In this document: piece after piece, positions 37,245 to 49,350 of the stretch
Layout of the letters: each line of letters starts with the position of its first letter
Numbering within the stretch: position 1 is the first letter of the stretch
DNA from: Azolla caroliniana
Taxonomy: Eukaryota > Plantae > Polypodiophyta
Assembly (NCBI GenBank): GCA_043228905.1
Contig: JBHGNT010000016.1
Location: forward strand, 8,184,001-8,248,000
Reading direction: 5' to 3'
DNA: 64,000 nt
Translations under genes and position numbers: made by a program
The notes under the pieces: model-generated
Databases searched by the model: none
Told to the model about the DNA's origin: nothing
The model's input: only the letters and a program-made list of their open reading frames with translations

Positions 37245-38383
37245 TCTTCTTCTAACTGACTAAGGACATCAAATTTGTTCGCTAGATCTGGGCTATTAGT
37301 ACTATTAGGACTATCAGATATTCCTACTGAAATAGGCTCGGGTTTAGTACAATTAGAACTAGCGACTATTTGGTTTACCTGTCTTCGAGGCCTATGGGGG
37401 CAATTTATTGCGATATGTCCTGGTCCACCGCAGTAAAGACATAGTCGATTTGTACGGCGTCGCTGCTTTTCTTCTTCGGATAATGGCCCTCGACGACGTG
37501 TAGTGTCAATCTCCATCGGAGTCGGAGTATTCGCTGGAGGCGCATTATATGACTCCCTCGGAAAAGGTCTTGCTACCACTGAGGCGTAGGTGGGCTCTGA
37601 TCTTGGCCTCGGCATCTGTAGTTGTCTTTTCGAACGTCGCTCAAAGAGGTGGTTGTCACATCTCACCGCGCGACTGATTGCTTCTGTTAAGGACTTTGGC
37701 TCTTCGGGGAAGGTCAAGAGTAAATCCTTGACATCGTTGCGTAAACCATAACGGAATTGCTCCATCAACGCTTGATCATCCCAAGGGATATCGGCAGCGA
37801 GTAGGCGAAAATCTGCAGCGTATGCGGAAGCTGGATGGTCACCTTGGCGTAATCGCCGAATTTTGTTGATTGCGGTCCTGATGCTGTCAGTATCTCCGAA
37901 ACATGCTTTAAACTCACCTAGAAACTCTTCAAAATTGTTGAGTAACGGAGATTCCTTTTCTAATAGTGGAGCGAACCATGACAACGCTGAGCCACTTAAC
38001 AAAGTGCCTACTAAACCCACTCGTGATGCATCGGTGGGATATCGGGAAGGATGCATTTGGATAACTAATCGTACCTGGTTAAGGAACCCTCTAAACTGCG
38101 ATCGCGTTCCATCGAACTTCGTGGGAAGGCCAATCTTGGGTTCTTTATGAATCCCTTGTGTTCCGGGCCCTTGTTGTTGCATCGCTACGATGGTTGCTTC
38201 GAGTTGTTGCACGCGTAACGCAAGTTCCCCATGCTGTTGTTGCGTTTGCTGCTTTTCTAAGGAGATTTGCTGAAGATCCCCCAGCAATCGTTGCTTTTCT
38301 TGTTCCAAAGCATGGAACTTCTCTTTCAAGCATTGAAATTCCGAGAAAACAGATTGATATTCTTCAGCGCTAATAGTGGCCAT
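37232..38383 (-). CDS. gag: Intact retrotransposon Gag (383 aa; coiled coil, capsid, CCHC knuckle)
   Basis: Open ORF with ATG; PTKFDG, LRQG, PTPMEID and CLYCGGPGHIAINC motifs. Confidence 0.85.
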   Translation of the reverse strand: MATISAEEYQSVFSEFQCLKEKFHALEQEKQRLLGDLQQISLEKQQTQQQHGELALRVQQLEATIVAMQQQGPGTQGIHKEPKIGLPTKFDGTRSQFRGFLNQVRLVIQMHPSRYPTDASRVGLVGTLLSGSALSWFAPLLEKESPLLNNFEEFLGEFKACFGDTDSIRTAINKIRRLRQGDHPASAYAADFRLLAADIPWDDQALMEQFRYGLRNDVKDLLLTFPEEPKSLTEAISRAVRCDNHLFERRSKRQLQMPRPRSEPTYASVVARPFPRESYNAPPANTPTPMEIDTTRRRGPLSEEEKQRRRTNRLCLYCGGPGHIAINCPHRPRRQVNQIVASSNCTKPEPISVGISDSPNSTNSPDLANKFDVLSQLEEELND

Positions 38384-39784
38384 GGGATGAAAGAAAAGAG
38401 GAATAAGAGATTAGTAGGAAATGAGAGAGATAGAAGGTAGAAAAATTGGTTCAAACTGTCAGGAACAGTACTGAGACAGAGAAGGAATTAGTACTAAATG
38501 AAGGATTAGTACTATGAGAGGTGTAGAACTTCTTTGAGAGAAGGAAGGAGTGAGCGAGACAGGAAGAGAGAGTGTGTGTGTGTGATGATAAGAAAGATAT
38601 GTATTATATGAAGAGAATATACAATGGTGGCTAAAAGGCTTAAGACTGGCGTTGAACCAATTTGGTTCAACATAATGCCTAGTGCCCTCTTTTATAGTGT
38701 TTTCAGGAGTAATCCTGAAGCTTCTAGAATGTTCCAGAGAAATCTGGAATATACACTAATTTCCTATAATAAAATGTAAATGAAAATAATATCCTACGTA
38801 TTACAATAGATGGTCTAATGGTCAAGAGCTCGACCCATATAACCTAAGGTCATGGGTTCGAGTCTTGCCATATCATGACACCCTCATGCGACTGAGAGTA
38901 GAGCATCTGACCATCAGGTGCATTGCTCCTTCGTCGGACGTGATTCTCAACCAACAGTATCGATTGAAGGTCGAAAAAGGAGAGAGGGTTCTCCCTTGCA
39001 AGGATGGCCGATCTGATCGTGTCGAATCGTGGTGTTAAGCCATTTCATCATCGTTGATGGTAACATTGATTGATCCGAGGGCATCGCACGGCTCCTTGAT
39101 CTTCAAGGTATAACTAGTGATCGACATATCCCTTTGCTGAATATTGTTCAACTCCTGATGGAGTTGAAGCTTGCGTGCAACTGTATTGGCAACAAAAATC
39201 TTCTTGAGGTTGCTCCAAGCTTCTTTTGGCGTTTTTGCCTCTCGTATATAACCAAGCATGTGATCATGAACGCATGATGCTAGACAATACAACACACGAT
39301 TTGCTGCTTGCTCCCATGCTAGGTAGTCGGCATGTATTGGGTTGGGTTGGTTTTCATGAGCTCCTTCAATGTAGCTCCAATAACCTTGACAAACAAGGTA
39401 TTGATGCATCTTTTATTCCCAAGATGCGAAGTTTGTCCTGTCAAGCTTCTCTGTAAGAAGAGTGCTTCCCATCTGAGTATTCATCATGTCGTTTTCTTCT
39501 TTGTTGTTGAACTGGTTCTATTGATCGTTAGTGTGTAGTACAACACAATTGATCAAGTTTGATCAGACAATCACACGCTCTAATATTGATAGAGTGTATA
39601 AGACAAAGGCTAGTCGTACACAATATGAGGGTTTGATGGATAATAACTAAGTTACAAATGGTTGGTTTAAATACCAACTAACCTAGGGCAATTGCCCTTT
39701 CTACTATTTATAAAACTAGCCTAGTATGTCCACTTACTAGTGAGAAAGTCACTTCATTAGGGAGGTGGGGTTTGATTCTCAACA

Positions 39785-41400
39785 TATGTAAAATCCACTT
39801 GTTACAATACTTCTTAGTTTCCTCTATCTATCTATCCTATGTAGGGAGAGGGACATCTTGTAATGCCACTAGAAAACCTAAATATACATTTGAGGAAATT
39901 ATCCCCACATGATGTAACATCTTGAAATTCCACATAAGAATACCTTTCAACTTCTTCATATAGGCTTTCACCCCATGTCTACAATCAAACATGGAAGAAT
40001 TATGCATATTCCAATTGTGTTTTAGTTCCCAATATAATACAAATGGAACAATATTTCCATCTCGTCATTTGAATCATTTTGAACATATTGAGAAAAAACT
40101 CATTTTTGAGGTCTCAAATGACTTGCCAAACATTCGATAAGTACTTCCAAATTATACATGTTATAGGACATATAATGAACCTGTGTGTATTGTCCTCCAA
40201 CATAATGGTGCAAAAGAAACAAATGCCTAACCCTAATCCTCATCTCTTTAAGGCTAAACCTAACAAGAGCCCACCAATCATGTCTCTCCATATCAATAGC
40301 TTTGCACAAAATGGCAAATGAGAATGCCAACCACGTTATAATATTTACCACCACCTTGCATTCGACTTACATACATTCCACACTTTTTCTACTTTAAGAG
40401 ATAGCCAAGATAATGATGTCATTGCATGATGATACAATATATTTATAGTGAACTATAACAAGTGTGTACCATGCCGTAATCACCAATTCACCCAAGGTGC
40501 AACATTTGTTTTCAATGGCAAAGATCCATGAAACAATGTTATATCTTGTAATTTCTCCCAAATAAATCCGTAATTTAGGGGAATACATAACAATCGTTTG
40601 GCATCTTCAAATTTTGACAACTGTTGAGATTCATTATCAACCAGATATCCCAAATTTACAACCCCCAATCGAAATAAACAATTGAATTGAAATCTCAGCT
40701 TCTCTTTTCCATGCCAATACAACACCCGAGAATAAACAATCAATTCATTTTGCAATGAATTACAAAATTCTCGATCTGAACTTGATGGTGCCCACTCAAA
40801 AAAAGATAATGCATCTTGCCATGACCTTACCGACTGTTGTACATATACAAAATGTCAAATCTTTAGAGAAATACATCCATTGAGTAATGGCCACCACGAT
40901 GCTTGATCTTTGTTTTTCCATGCACCGATCCTTCATGCTCAATAAAATATTGTGTCATAGATATCCATAGTTAATCTTGTTGACACATATCTCGTAATAA
41001 TGCAAATCTACGAGCCATCAAATTCATTTCCAAATCCAATTTTTTTTGCACCACCTAACCATTTAGGAATAACCAAATGGTCCCATGAAATCCATGTAAC
41101 TCCCATTGTTTCTCCCTTCGGCCATAACAAGAACCGAAGAGGTTGCAACAATATTTGTAATGCTTTATTAGTTCAAGGAAGTAATGGTAAAAAATATAAT
41201 AACATGGGTATCAAGATACATTTCACCACTTTGAGTCATATATGAAAGGGCCATAATTGGGACTTCCAATTCATAAATTTGACCTTCAATTTACTACCAA
41301 TCAAATCAATTAGTTGAACATTTGCAACATCAACACCCAATGGATATCCCAAATGCCAATAAATTGATCCTCGTGTAATCACTAACCCTCACCATCCCAA
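39785..41400 (-). mobile_element. 5'-truncated degenerate L1-type LINE (3' part), sibling of 60555-63198
   Basis: Colinear with ~61598-63198 (HGKEKLRxQFNxLFRLG; zf-RVT-like CFFC; shared 3' AAGTGGATTTTACATA). Confidence 0.85.
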
Positions 41401-41401
41401 T

Positions 41402-41791
41402 CTTTTTTTTATCATAATTAGCTTACCCTAGTGGTAAGTCGTTTACACTATTATGACTACATCTTGGGTTTGAAACCCAATTTCCTCACCTCTCTATTAC
41501 TCCATAGGTATCTCTTATTTCAATATATACCATTGTGGAATGTAGGGGTTGAACCCATGACCACCTAGTGTCCATTGGGCAACCATACCAACAAAGCTTG
41601 TAATTAGCTTACCTTAGTGGTAAGTTGTTAACACTACAAGCACTGCGTCTTGGGTTTGAAACCCAGTTTTCTCACTTCTCTCTATTATTTACTTCATATA
41701 TATCTCTTAATTCACTAGATGCCACTGTGGAATGTAGGGGGTTGAACCCATGACCACCTGGTCTCCATTGGGCAACCTTACCAACAAAGCT
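41402..41791 (-). mobile_element. Two tandem copies of a ~190-bp SINE-like element made of two convergent tRNA-like modules
   Basis: Each copy has a plus-strand module (TACCYTAGTGGTAAG...GGGTTTGAAACCC) and a minus-strand module (GTTGGTAAGGTTGCCCAATGG...GGGTTCAACCCC); homologous to 60325-60522; A-rich end next to the LINE. Confidence 0.7.
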
Positions 41792-42677
41792 CTCTCTCTC
41801 TCTCGCTCTCTCGCTAAGGGAAAAATACCAAGATATACTAGGACCCCTCCCACCCTCTCAAAACTATTCGATACCCTAGATATAAAGAAACTAGGTAGAT
41901 ATATCGTAGAGCTATGACAACATAAAGAGAATAAGCTATAAAATGCTAATCATAACCTTCCTAATATCCACCAATATGTAACCAATGATTTTTTTCATGG
42001 ACAGGTGGGGACAATGAACATGGACAAACATGCACCACTTGGCCTCTCCTTCGTTGAAGCAGAAAACCAAAGAACAACCAAACGCCCTCGGATGTCGGAC
42101 CTCAAAGTCACTCATTGTGTAGAAGCAATTAAGAAGATACGGGAACGTGAGTTACACCACCTAGAAGCTATGGTCGGGGTACCTTTTACATGGGGACCAT
42201 GGGCCAGACCCACATCGAAACCCTTTGATCTCTTGCTCCTTTTCAAGAGACTTGGATGAAAAGGAAACTAGGCCTAGCACATGGCCATTTCCTTTATAGA
42301 ACATGTCACACCGTAACACATTTTGTACAGTACTAGAACTCTTTTATCTAAGTTTATTTTTATTTTTATTTTTGACAATTCGGTACACGTCCCATTTTGT
42401 TGTAACCTATTGTCTCATGGGCCAAATTGGGTCTCAGAAGACGTTAATATATCTTCCTTCCTTCCTTCCTTCCTTTCTTTCTTTCTAATGATAACCTTAC
42501 CTTGGGACAAGTCATGGGGGGCATTTTTCGAATTAAGTAAAAACTAGGGGTACTCGAAGAATATTATTAACCTAAAGGCTTTTCTTCTTCTTCTTCTTCT
42601 TCTTCTTCTTCCATCACTATTTCTTCTTCGTCTCAGCCTTCTTCTTCTTCTGATTCTGCTGCAGGTGCAGAGCAGCC

Positions 42678-45600
42678 ATGGTGAACCTCACCATTCGCCT
42701 CAGTAAAGGCTCCAGTGTCGGGGCCATATCCACAGGAGGAGGGATAGGTGGTGGTGGAGGAGCAGGAGGAGCAGGGGGACAAAGTGGAGGCGGAGGACTA
42801 GGAGATGGTTCGATGCTTCTCGGACACGCTTCCTCTTCGATCGATGGAATCCCTGCTTCGATTACAGAACAGTCCATAACCGTTTCTTGTCCCGATCACT
42901 TGGTTCTTTCAGACCTCCCTGTCGCTAAAGGTGTGGGATCTGTACCCGATGTCACTCTCGTTAAGGTTCTCGGTCGCAAAGCTCGGCGACGCCTCGGTGA
43001 TAAGGTCCACTTTTGTGTCCGTTGCGACTTCCCAATCGCTATCTATGGCCGCCTGGTGAGTACATGTATGCGTGTGTGTTGTTGGGTAGAGATAGAGATT
43101 ATGGTATTGAAATTTGAATGTAAATCGTGAGGCCTGAAACATGACCTATGGGGCAGACCCATGAAGAGAGTTACAAGAAGATATTCTTGTTTTGCTGATA
43201 TAGAGGATGTAGTCCCATTTTTCTCATTGTATGTTTCTCGTAACGTCACCTCTATGTACTTCTCGTATTTGTGTCTCTAGATGGCATTGATACAAGATAC
43301 AAGATAGAGAAAGAAAGAAATGAAGATATAAGTGTCTTTTAATAGGCTAAAATGTCCTATGAGATTGAAAGTCATGAAATGTTGTCTTAGGGCGCTGCAT
43401 TAACAAGATACAAGATAGAGAAAGAAAGAAATGAAGATATAAGTGTCTTTTAATAGGCTAAAATGTCCTATGAGATTGAAAGTCATGAAATGTTGTCTTA
43501 AATAAATGAATGTAACTAGTTTAGTGAACCTGCCCACAGTACCAGAGAGAGATCGGAAGATAAACACGAAAACGAGTTCAGGTTATTGCTATATTCACAA
43601 TATCAATTGGAAACCATCCTCGTGAGATAATGCTTTGGGAATAGTCTAAGCTGCATGATCATTTTAAAGATCTATTGTAATGTAGGTTTTTCAATAGGCG
43701 TCTACATTGTAAATATCTCAAGGTATTGTCCCATAAAAATAAAACAAAAGTTTTGTAAATAGGAAAAATTACTCTCCTTGATGTAAGTGGGGCATTTGAA
43801 ATAAAAATGTGTGTTAGAGACAAAGTAATGTTTCCAAAAGCCCACAGACCTGTGAGACCTAATTGAAAATTACAGTTTCTATTTTTTAATGTATTGAATG
43901 CCATTAGACTAGGAGGACAATATGATATCATTAGCCTTTTCTGGAGGACAAAATGATCTATAAGACCAAGGTTTGCACATCATCAAATGCGCAATACATG
44001 TGGTAGATATAAGTGGATTACAAATGAAAGGGAATCCGTATGTTATATTGCTAGGTAAGAATAAAATATGAACGTGTGCCATCATCCCATGAACTGTCTG
44101 ATGGCATCAATATCCTCTGTCCTAAGCTGTTGTCACCACTGCTACATGAGAGAGAGAAAAACTTGAAGGGGGCCTTATCTAGCTTCATTGTTGAGAAACA
44201 GTCTCTTGAATGGGGAGTTTCCTCTAGATTATAAACAAGATAACTTATTAACAATAAGCATATGCAGAGCATCATCAAGGCCTCAAATATGAAGCAAAAT
44301 AAACCAATCATAATTTGAATGAACAGATGGTTAACTGCTCTGTAATACATTGGCCTTAATGTGTTAAGTGAGAATTATTTTTCTGTTTTTGGGTTCTAAT
44401 CTACATGTCATTCTTTGTTTTAGTATGCTGTCATATACAATGTTTCTTGTCGGTTTAGTTCATTACATATATACCTACATACACAAAATAGACGTGTTAA
44501 CATAATAGCATGGCCATTAGTGCTCAATAATGGACATTGTTGGGAGTCTTTGAATAGAACTCCTTGTCAGCGTCTACAATGAAGAGGTTAAAAGTAGTGG
44601 AAAGCTTGTGATATTTCCACAACCAATTTGGAGAGCAAGGGAAGCGTGTGAGAGTGGAAAGAGTGGCAAGGATCATTTTAAGATTGAAAAGTTATTGTAT
44701 ATAGGGAATGCTGTATGTAAAACAGTGAGCCATTTTAACTTTAATGTACGTATAACCAATTAATTATTTAATGCCTTCCTTTCTCCACAGGTTGATATTG
44801 ACACAACAGTTATTTGAGTTAATGTTTTATTTCAAGAGTACAAAGGGACTTTTAAGGCTCATGTATCAACATTTGTATAGAGTAATGTTAAGTCCATGAA
44901 ACATGGCATGGAGTTTCTACCACATTCAAAGATTGATGGGCATACTCAGCCAGCCATAAACAATTTTGGAAGGAAACATGTTCTCTTCCCAATGAAACCA
45001 CAATTGCAACATGTGTTGTGGTTGCTATGATAGACTTTTTTGGAGTTTCTAAACCCTGTGTTTTTGTTTTTTTATGTGCATTCTATGATTATATAAACGT
45101 TCTCCCTCAAATCTTTCTAATCTCAAGGATCTCTTAGCTGTTACTTGAAAATATGATAACCTAATGGGATTATGCAAGATGTAAGCTGTTTTGAAATGGA
45201 TAGCGACTCGTATGCTGGGAATGTGTGCTATACTGCTGGGGTATTATATAACAATTCTAAAATCATTTTTAGAGCTTTGAATCTAGAATTATGATTTGGT
45301 GCTCTAAAGTAGATTGTGAAATTTCTGTGCGACAAAATTGCTATGAGCCAATCTTAAACATTGTGGTTGTAGAATGGTATTTGAGCTGAGGTTTTTAAGA
45401 AGAAGAATATATGTTATGTGCTTCATAAAGCATGGCATCCTGATGTCAAGCATAGACAATTGATTTTTAAGCTCACCAAGCACTTTGTTTGAAGTTGATC
45501 CGCGACACTAAGTTATAGAATGAACACGGAACTCTCAAAACAAATTAAGAAGATGCATGTTTTAGATTGCTATTTATGGAGTAATTTTTATGTTCCAACT

Positions 45601-46757
45601 GTGTCATTTGAAGTAGGTTCTATTTTTCAGGATCCATGTGAACACATCTTTTGCCTGACATGTGCGCGAAGAGATTCTAATTGTTACCTGTAAGTGTTTG
45701 AATGCCAGTTATCTCGAAATATATGAAATCTTAAGGAGAAACGAGAGGAGACAGATTATTTCTATTTACATTTTCTTTTCATATATGTAGTTGTGGAGAG
45801 AGAGTAATACGCATACAGAGGATGGAGGTTCTTGATGGCATTTTCATTTGTGGTGCACCCCGCTGTTTGCGATCATTCATAAAAAGGCAAGATTTTCAAC
45901 TTCATGTTAGGGAAACTCATGTAGACCTCATAGATCTCGCAGATGATAAAGAAAGAAGCCAAAATGATGTTGATTCACAAAAAGGGCTGTCATCAGAGAC
46001 ACAGATTCAGATCTCAACGTTTTCAGGTTCTCCTGCCACTGCTCAATTATTACCAATGCAAGAACAGAGAACAGGGCAATCACACCCTCAAACACTGGAT
46101 AGTCAATCTTCAAGAGGGCCAATTCCTCAAAGCATATCTGCACCTACATTGGATGAGAAACAACTGAATAGGCCAGAATTTGAACATCAAAAGCAGCAAT
46201 CATCAAGTCATCATAATAATAATTTTAATAATAATATTATTAATATTGATAGACATCGACGACAGCAGCGACAAGATAGGCAACAAGTTTCAGAAGAGAA
46301 TCATTTTGAGGAACAAGCTCAACCAGATCCACAACAACAAGGGCTTCAGCCTCCACTCCAACAACAAATGCAACAAGGCATGATGATGATGATGATGCCA
46401 GCTACTCAGCCAGGTATGATCCCTATGTTTTCACCGCAGCAATATCCTATGCCGCCTTATGCAATGCAACAAGAAGGGCAAGGTATGCAACCCATGTATA
46501 CTCCTTACCAGATTCCGCCTCCTGGAGGACATTTGTTAGCATCGCCACCTTTACCACAGGCTCCTCGGCCTCCTCCTGTCGCCCCTCCACCACCACTTAT
46601 GCCTCCTCCACCACCTAAAAGAGGAAAATATGAGCAAGGTATAATTCCTCCTGCCGATCCCCAAATGGTGGATTCACAAGGCTATATGTGGCCAGGTGGC
46701 AACCCTGGTTATGATTCTAATCGGAACTTTGGGGGTTGGCCACCCCCACCCACATGA
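42678..46757 (+). CDS. HAKAI: E3 ubiquitin ligase HAKAI homolog (m6A writer complex subunit), 3 coding exons: 42678-43055, 45631-45689, 45791-46757; 467 aa
   Basis: ITVSCPDHLVLSDLPVAKG, KVHFCVRCDFPIAIYGRL-DPCEHIFCLTCARRDSNCYLC (RING), GIFICGAPRCLRSF...HVRETH (C2H2), Gln/Pro-rich tail; GT-AG junctions keep the frame. Confidence 0.93.
43292..43500. repeat. ~98-bp identical tandem duplication in HAKAI intron 1
   Basis: ACAAGATACAAGATAGAG...GAAATGTTGTCTTA twice, separated by a 13-bp spacer GGGCGCTGCATTA. Confidence 0.85.
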
Positions 46758-47721
46758 TTTTTGTGTACATATATACATTAATGCCCCACCTTAGACTCTT
46801 TTTTTGTTGATGGTGCAGTGAAATCATCTGAACTTTTCAGTGATGTGCATGATGCCTATGCCCAACATCTGGGCTTTTTTCTCTAATTCAATCTTTAATG
46901 GCAGTGCTAGTGGCTAGTGTGGAATGTGCTTACATTTAATGGTACTTGGTGTCTACAAATGTTATTTGCACTTCCTAAATTAGGCTTAAATTCTTGAGCT
47001 TGGATTTAGAAGGTTACATCTAATCAGTTTCAATCATAATTCTTATTCTAATATGAGCTTGGGCACCCCACTCACATTATTATGTACATATTTGTTTCTA
47101 ATGTTTTTTACCCTGAGAAAACCCTTCCTATTTTGTTTGTGGTGGTAAATAAAATATGATAAAATAATCTGAACTTTATGATGTGTGTGATTCTTCATGT
47201 TTCCCTCTAATTTAAAGTTACATTCTCAATGTCTTTTAAAAATGGGATAAGTTAGCGTTTCACATTCATGGATGTGTGGGGTTTTTATGCATCTGCATAT
47301 ATACATGTTTATAGTTTGTATGTTGCTCAACTATGGTTAAATTGAACAAAATTAAATTTACAAAATAACCTGCAGGAAATATAATAATTAGCATGGAAAT
47401 CAAATAATATTACAAAGCCAACTTTACCAAGCAACTGGATGTACACATTTGATCGAAAATCAAATAAGAAATTCTGTGCTGCATATGAATGGATTCAGTA
47501 GTTTTCGAAATGAGTGTTATTATGATTGTAAAAAGAGCTCTTACTTCATGATTGTTTAAGAATTCATTAACTGATTTTCCAAAAATGGATATCTGGTGGA
47601 CATTTAGTTTTTTGAGAAAACCAGATGGAATGGTGCAATATAGTTATTAGTGATGTGTAATCATAGTTCCTAATATTTGCGTATGTCCAATTTGGTGGAC
47701 GTTTGCGAACATTTGCATACA

Positions 47722-47877
47722 TTTGCGTATGATATGTGACATTCGTTGGATTTTTTGTTTCCTTTTGGGTCTTTTTTTCTGATATTCGTCATGAAGCATA
47801 TGTTTGCGTATGATACGCGACATTCGTTGGATTTTTTGTTTCCTTTTGGGTCTTTTTTTTCTGATATTTGTCACGAA
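47722..47877. repeat. ~81-bp tandem duplication
   Basis: TTTGCGTATGATA...CATTCGTTGGATTTTTTGTTTCCTTTTGGGTC... twice; explains the duplicated peptide in ORF 47647-47964. Confidence 0.8.
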
Positions 47878-47932
47878 CTGAAGTCTGAGCAGTGAGGAGT
47901 GAAACAGAATTCTGAGAAGTGCGAAACAGGGT

Positions 47933-48208
47933 TCAAAGACCATTTTCCAAAATTTGATTCCCATCTTGGTGAGGAATAGTTTGTTTCTGAGGTTTCATAG
48001 CATCTTGCTTGGTGGACAGGGCAATGGTCCTGGGAGGAACTCGCTGGGATATGGCAGCTCTAAAAACATCCATAACACAATCCCGCTCAGCATGGCAAGA
48101 GACAATCAGTGGGGTCCGCTCATGCGGTGGTTGGTTCAGATGGATTTGGAGAGGTTGAGTCTGAGGCTGGGGCTGGGGGAGGGAGGTTGGAGGAGTAGCT
48201 TCTGCCAT
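47933..48208 (-). CDS. Possible small gene or first exon, 91 aa, unknown product
   Basis: GCCATGG start context after CT/GA-rich UTR-like sequence; GC-richer than flanks; Pro/Gln-rich N-terminus; no recognisable domain. Confidence 0.3.
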   Translation of the reverse strand: MAEATPPTSLPQPQPQTQPLQIHLNQPPHERTPLIVSCHAERDCVMDVFRAAISQRVPPRTIALSTKQDAMKPQKQTIPHQDGNQILENGL

Positions 48209-48274
48209 GGCCAATAGCAATTCAGTCACAAAATCATGGCAATAGTAACAACAGAAGAAGAAGAAGAAGCCTGC

Positions 48275-48326
<52 letters not shown>

Positions 48327-49350
48327 ATGTACAGCTTATGTATATATCTATGTATCGCATATGGATTTCAATCATACTTGGAGCCTTTTCACGTATGAGT
48401 ATGATACGAATATTGACGTATGAGTATGGCACGAATGGGAAGTGTGGCTAGAACTATGTGTAATGACTATTATTTCCTAAATTGCTCATGCTTTGAGCTT
48501 TGGAGGTTAGGGTTTCTCAATTTTCACACAATCAATTGTAATAAGCATATATCAAAGGTGAAGTTTGTTTGTATATGACCGAAAGAAGTTTGTGTTGGTG
48601 AAGCGGTAGAGAACACAATGTCAATCTCTTGGAAAATAAAGAAAGAGGTCACCCCATACATCAGAATGCAATTACATCTCAAGATTGCTCAAGGTTTAAG
48701 AACCAGCATACACATCCCATGAAGTTAAAAGAATGAAAATCTCTGCCCCTTGAGTATATTTGATATACCATAAAGTCCTACCAACAATGATGGTGGTAAG
48801 CTTATGTCTAAGAACCAGGATACATATCCCATTGAGTTTAATAAAGAACAAATAATTCGGCAACTGAGAATCTTTGATACACACTATAAACTCATAGCAA
48901 CCATTATGGAGATGAGCCTATGTCTAGCTGTTAACTACTCTTGGATCTGCAGACAATGTTTGCCAAAAAGACTTTTTCAGGCCCGCATGTGCTCATTTTT
49001 GCAAGATCCAATCAATAAGTGTGCTATTTTGCATGAAGACCTTTTACTTTGTATTAGCACATTTTCATTAACCTCCAAGATACCATTCAAAACGTTCAGC
49101 ATGTCCTTTTTGAGATCAAGTGATACATGTGGTGTGATTTTGAACCCTTTGGCACCCTTCACTCATGGGAGTTTCATCTTCCCAACTACATACATAGTCA
49201 TGATGAACATTTGTGAAGACCCATATTTAGGGTTCAAGTATCACTATCTTTGAAGGCTTTGATGAATGACATTTTTTCCTGAAGGTATCCACGTGCTTCT
49301 TCAGCTATTTCTGACCAATGTGTACACATTCCAGCAATTTCTTTTTAAAT

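Larger units (their letters stand above)
33284..38880 (-). mobile_element. Ty3/gypsy chromovirus (Tcn1-like) copy F, full length; LTRs 33284-33723 and 38457-38880; TSD CCCTC
   Basis: Near-identical LTRs, 5-bp TSD, PPT AAAGGGGGGATAG, gag, protease LLDSGAN, RT YLDD, RNase H, integrase and chromodomain YEVAAILD...YYLVDWLGY...TWEP; pol carries several stops and a frameshift. Confidence 0.95.
22001..39784 (-). mobile_element. Ty1/copia element G (host of the nest), in pieces 22001-24450, 28697-29200, 32756-33283, 38881-39784
   Basis: gag 39035-39490, CGYCGKLGH knuckle, protease WFVDFGVSNHMT, integrase (YYVTFIDD restored after removing D), RT and RNase H; probable 5' LTR ~39586-39784 with degenerate Met-type PBS; 3' end missing. 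Confidence 0.85.

Noticed and set aside
39717-39784. B-box-like GGTTTGATTCTC at the outer end of the copia G LTR
   Set aside because: Position parallels the chromovirus module, but the A box is poor and only one LTR is available.
42005-42259. 84-aa ORF upstream of HAKAI
   Set aside because: No recognisable domain or splice support; perhaps old TE debris.
48800-49340. Degenerate E+/DYW domain downstream of the PPR stop
   Set aside because: No PG box, HxE or CxxC in a consistent frame.
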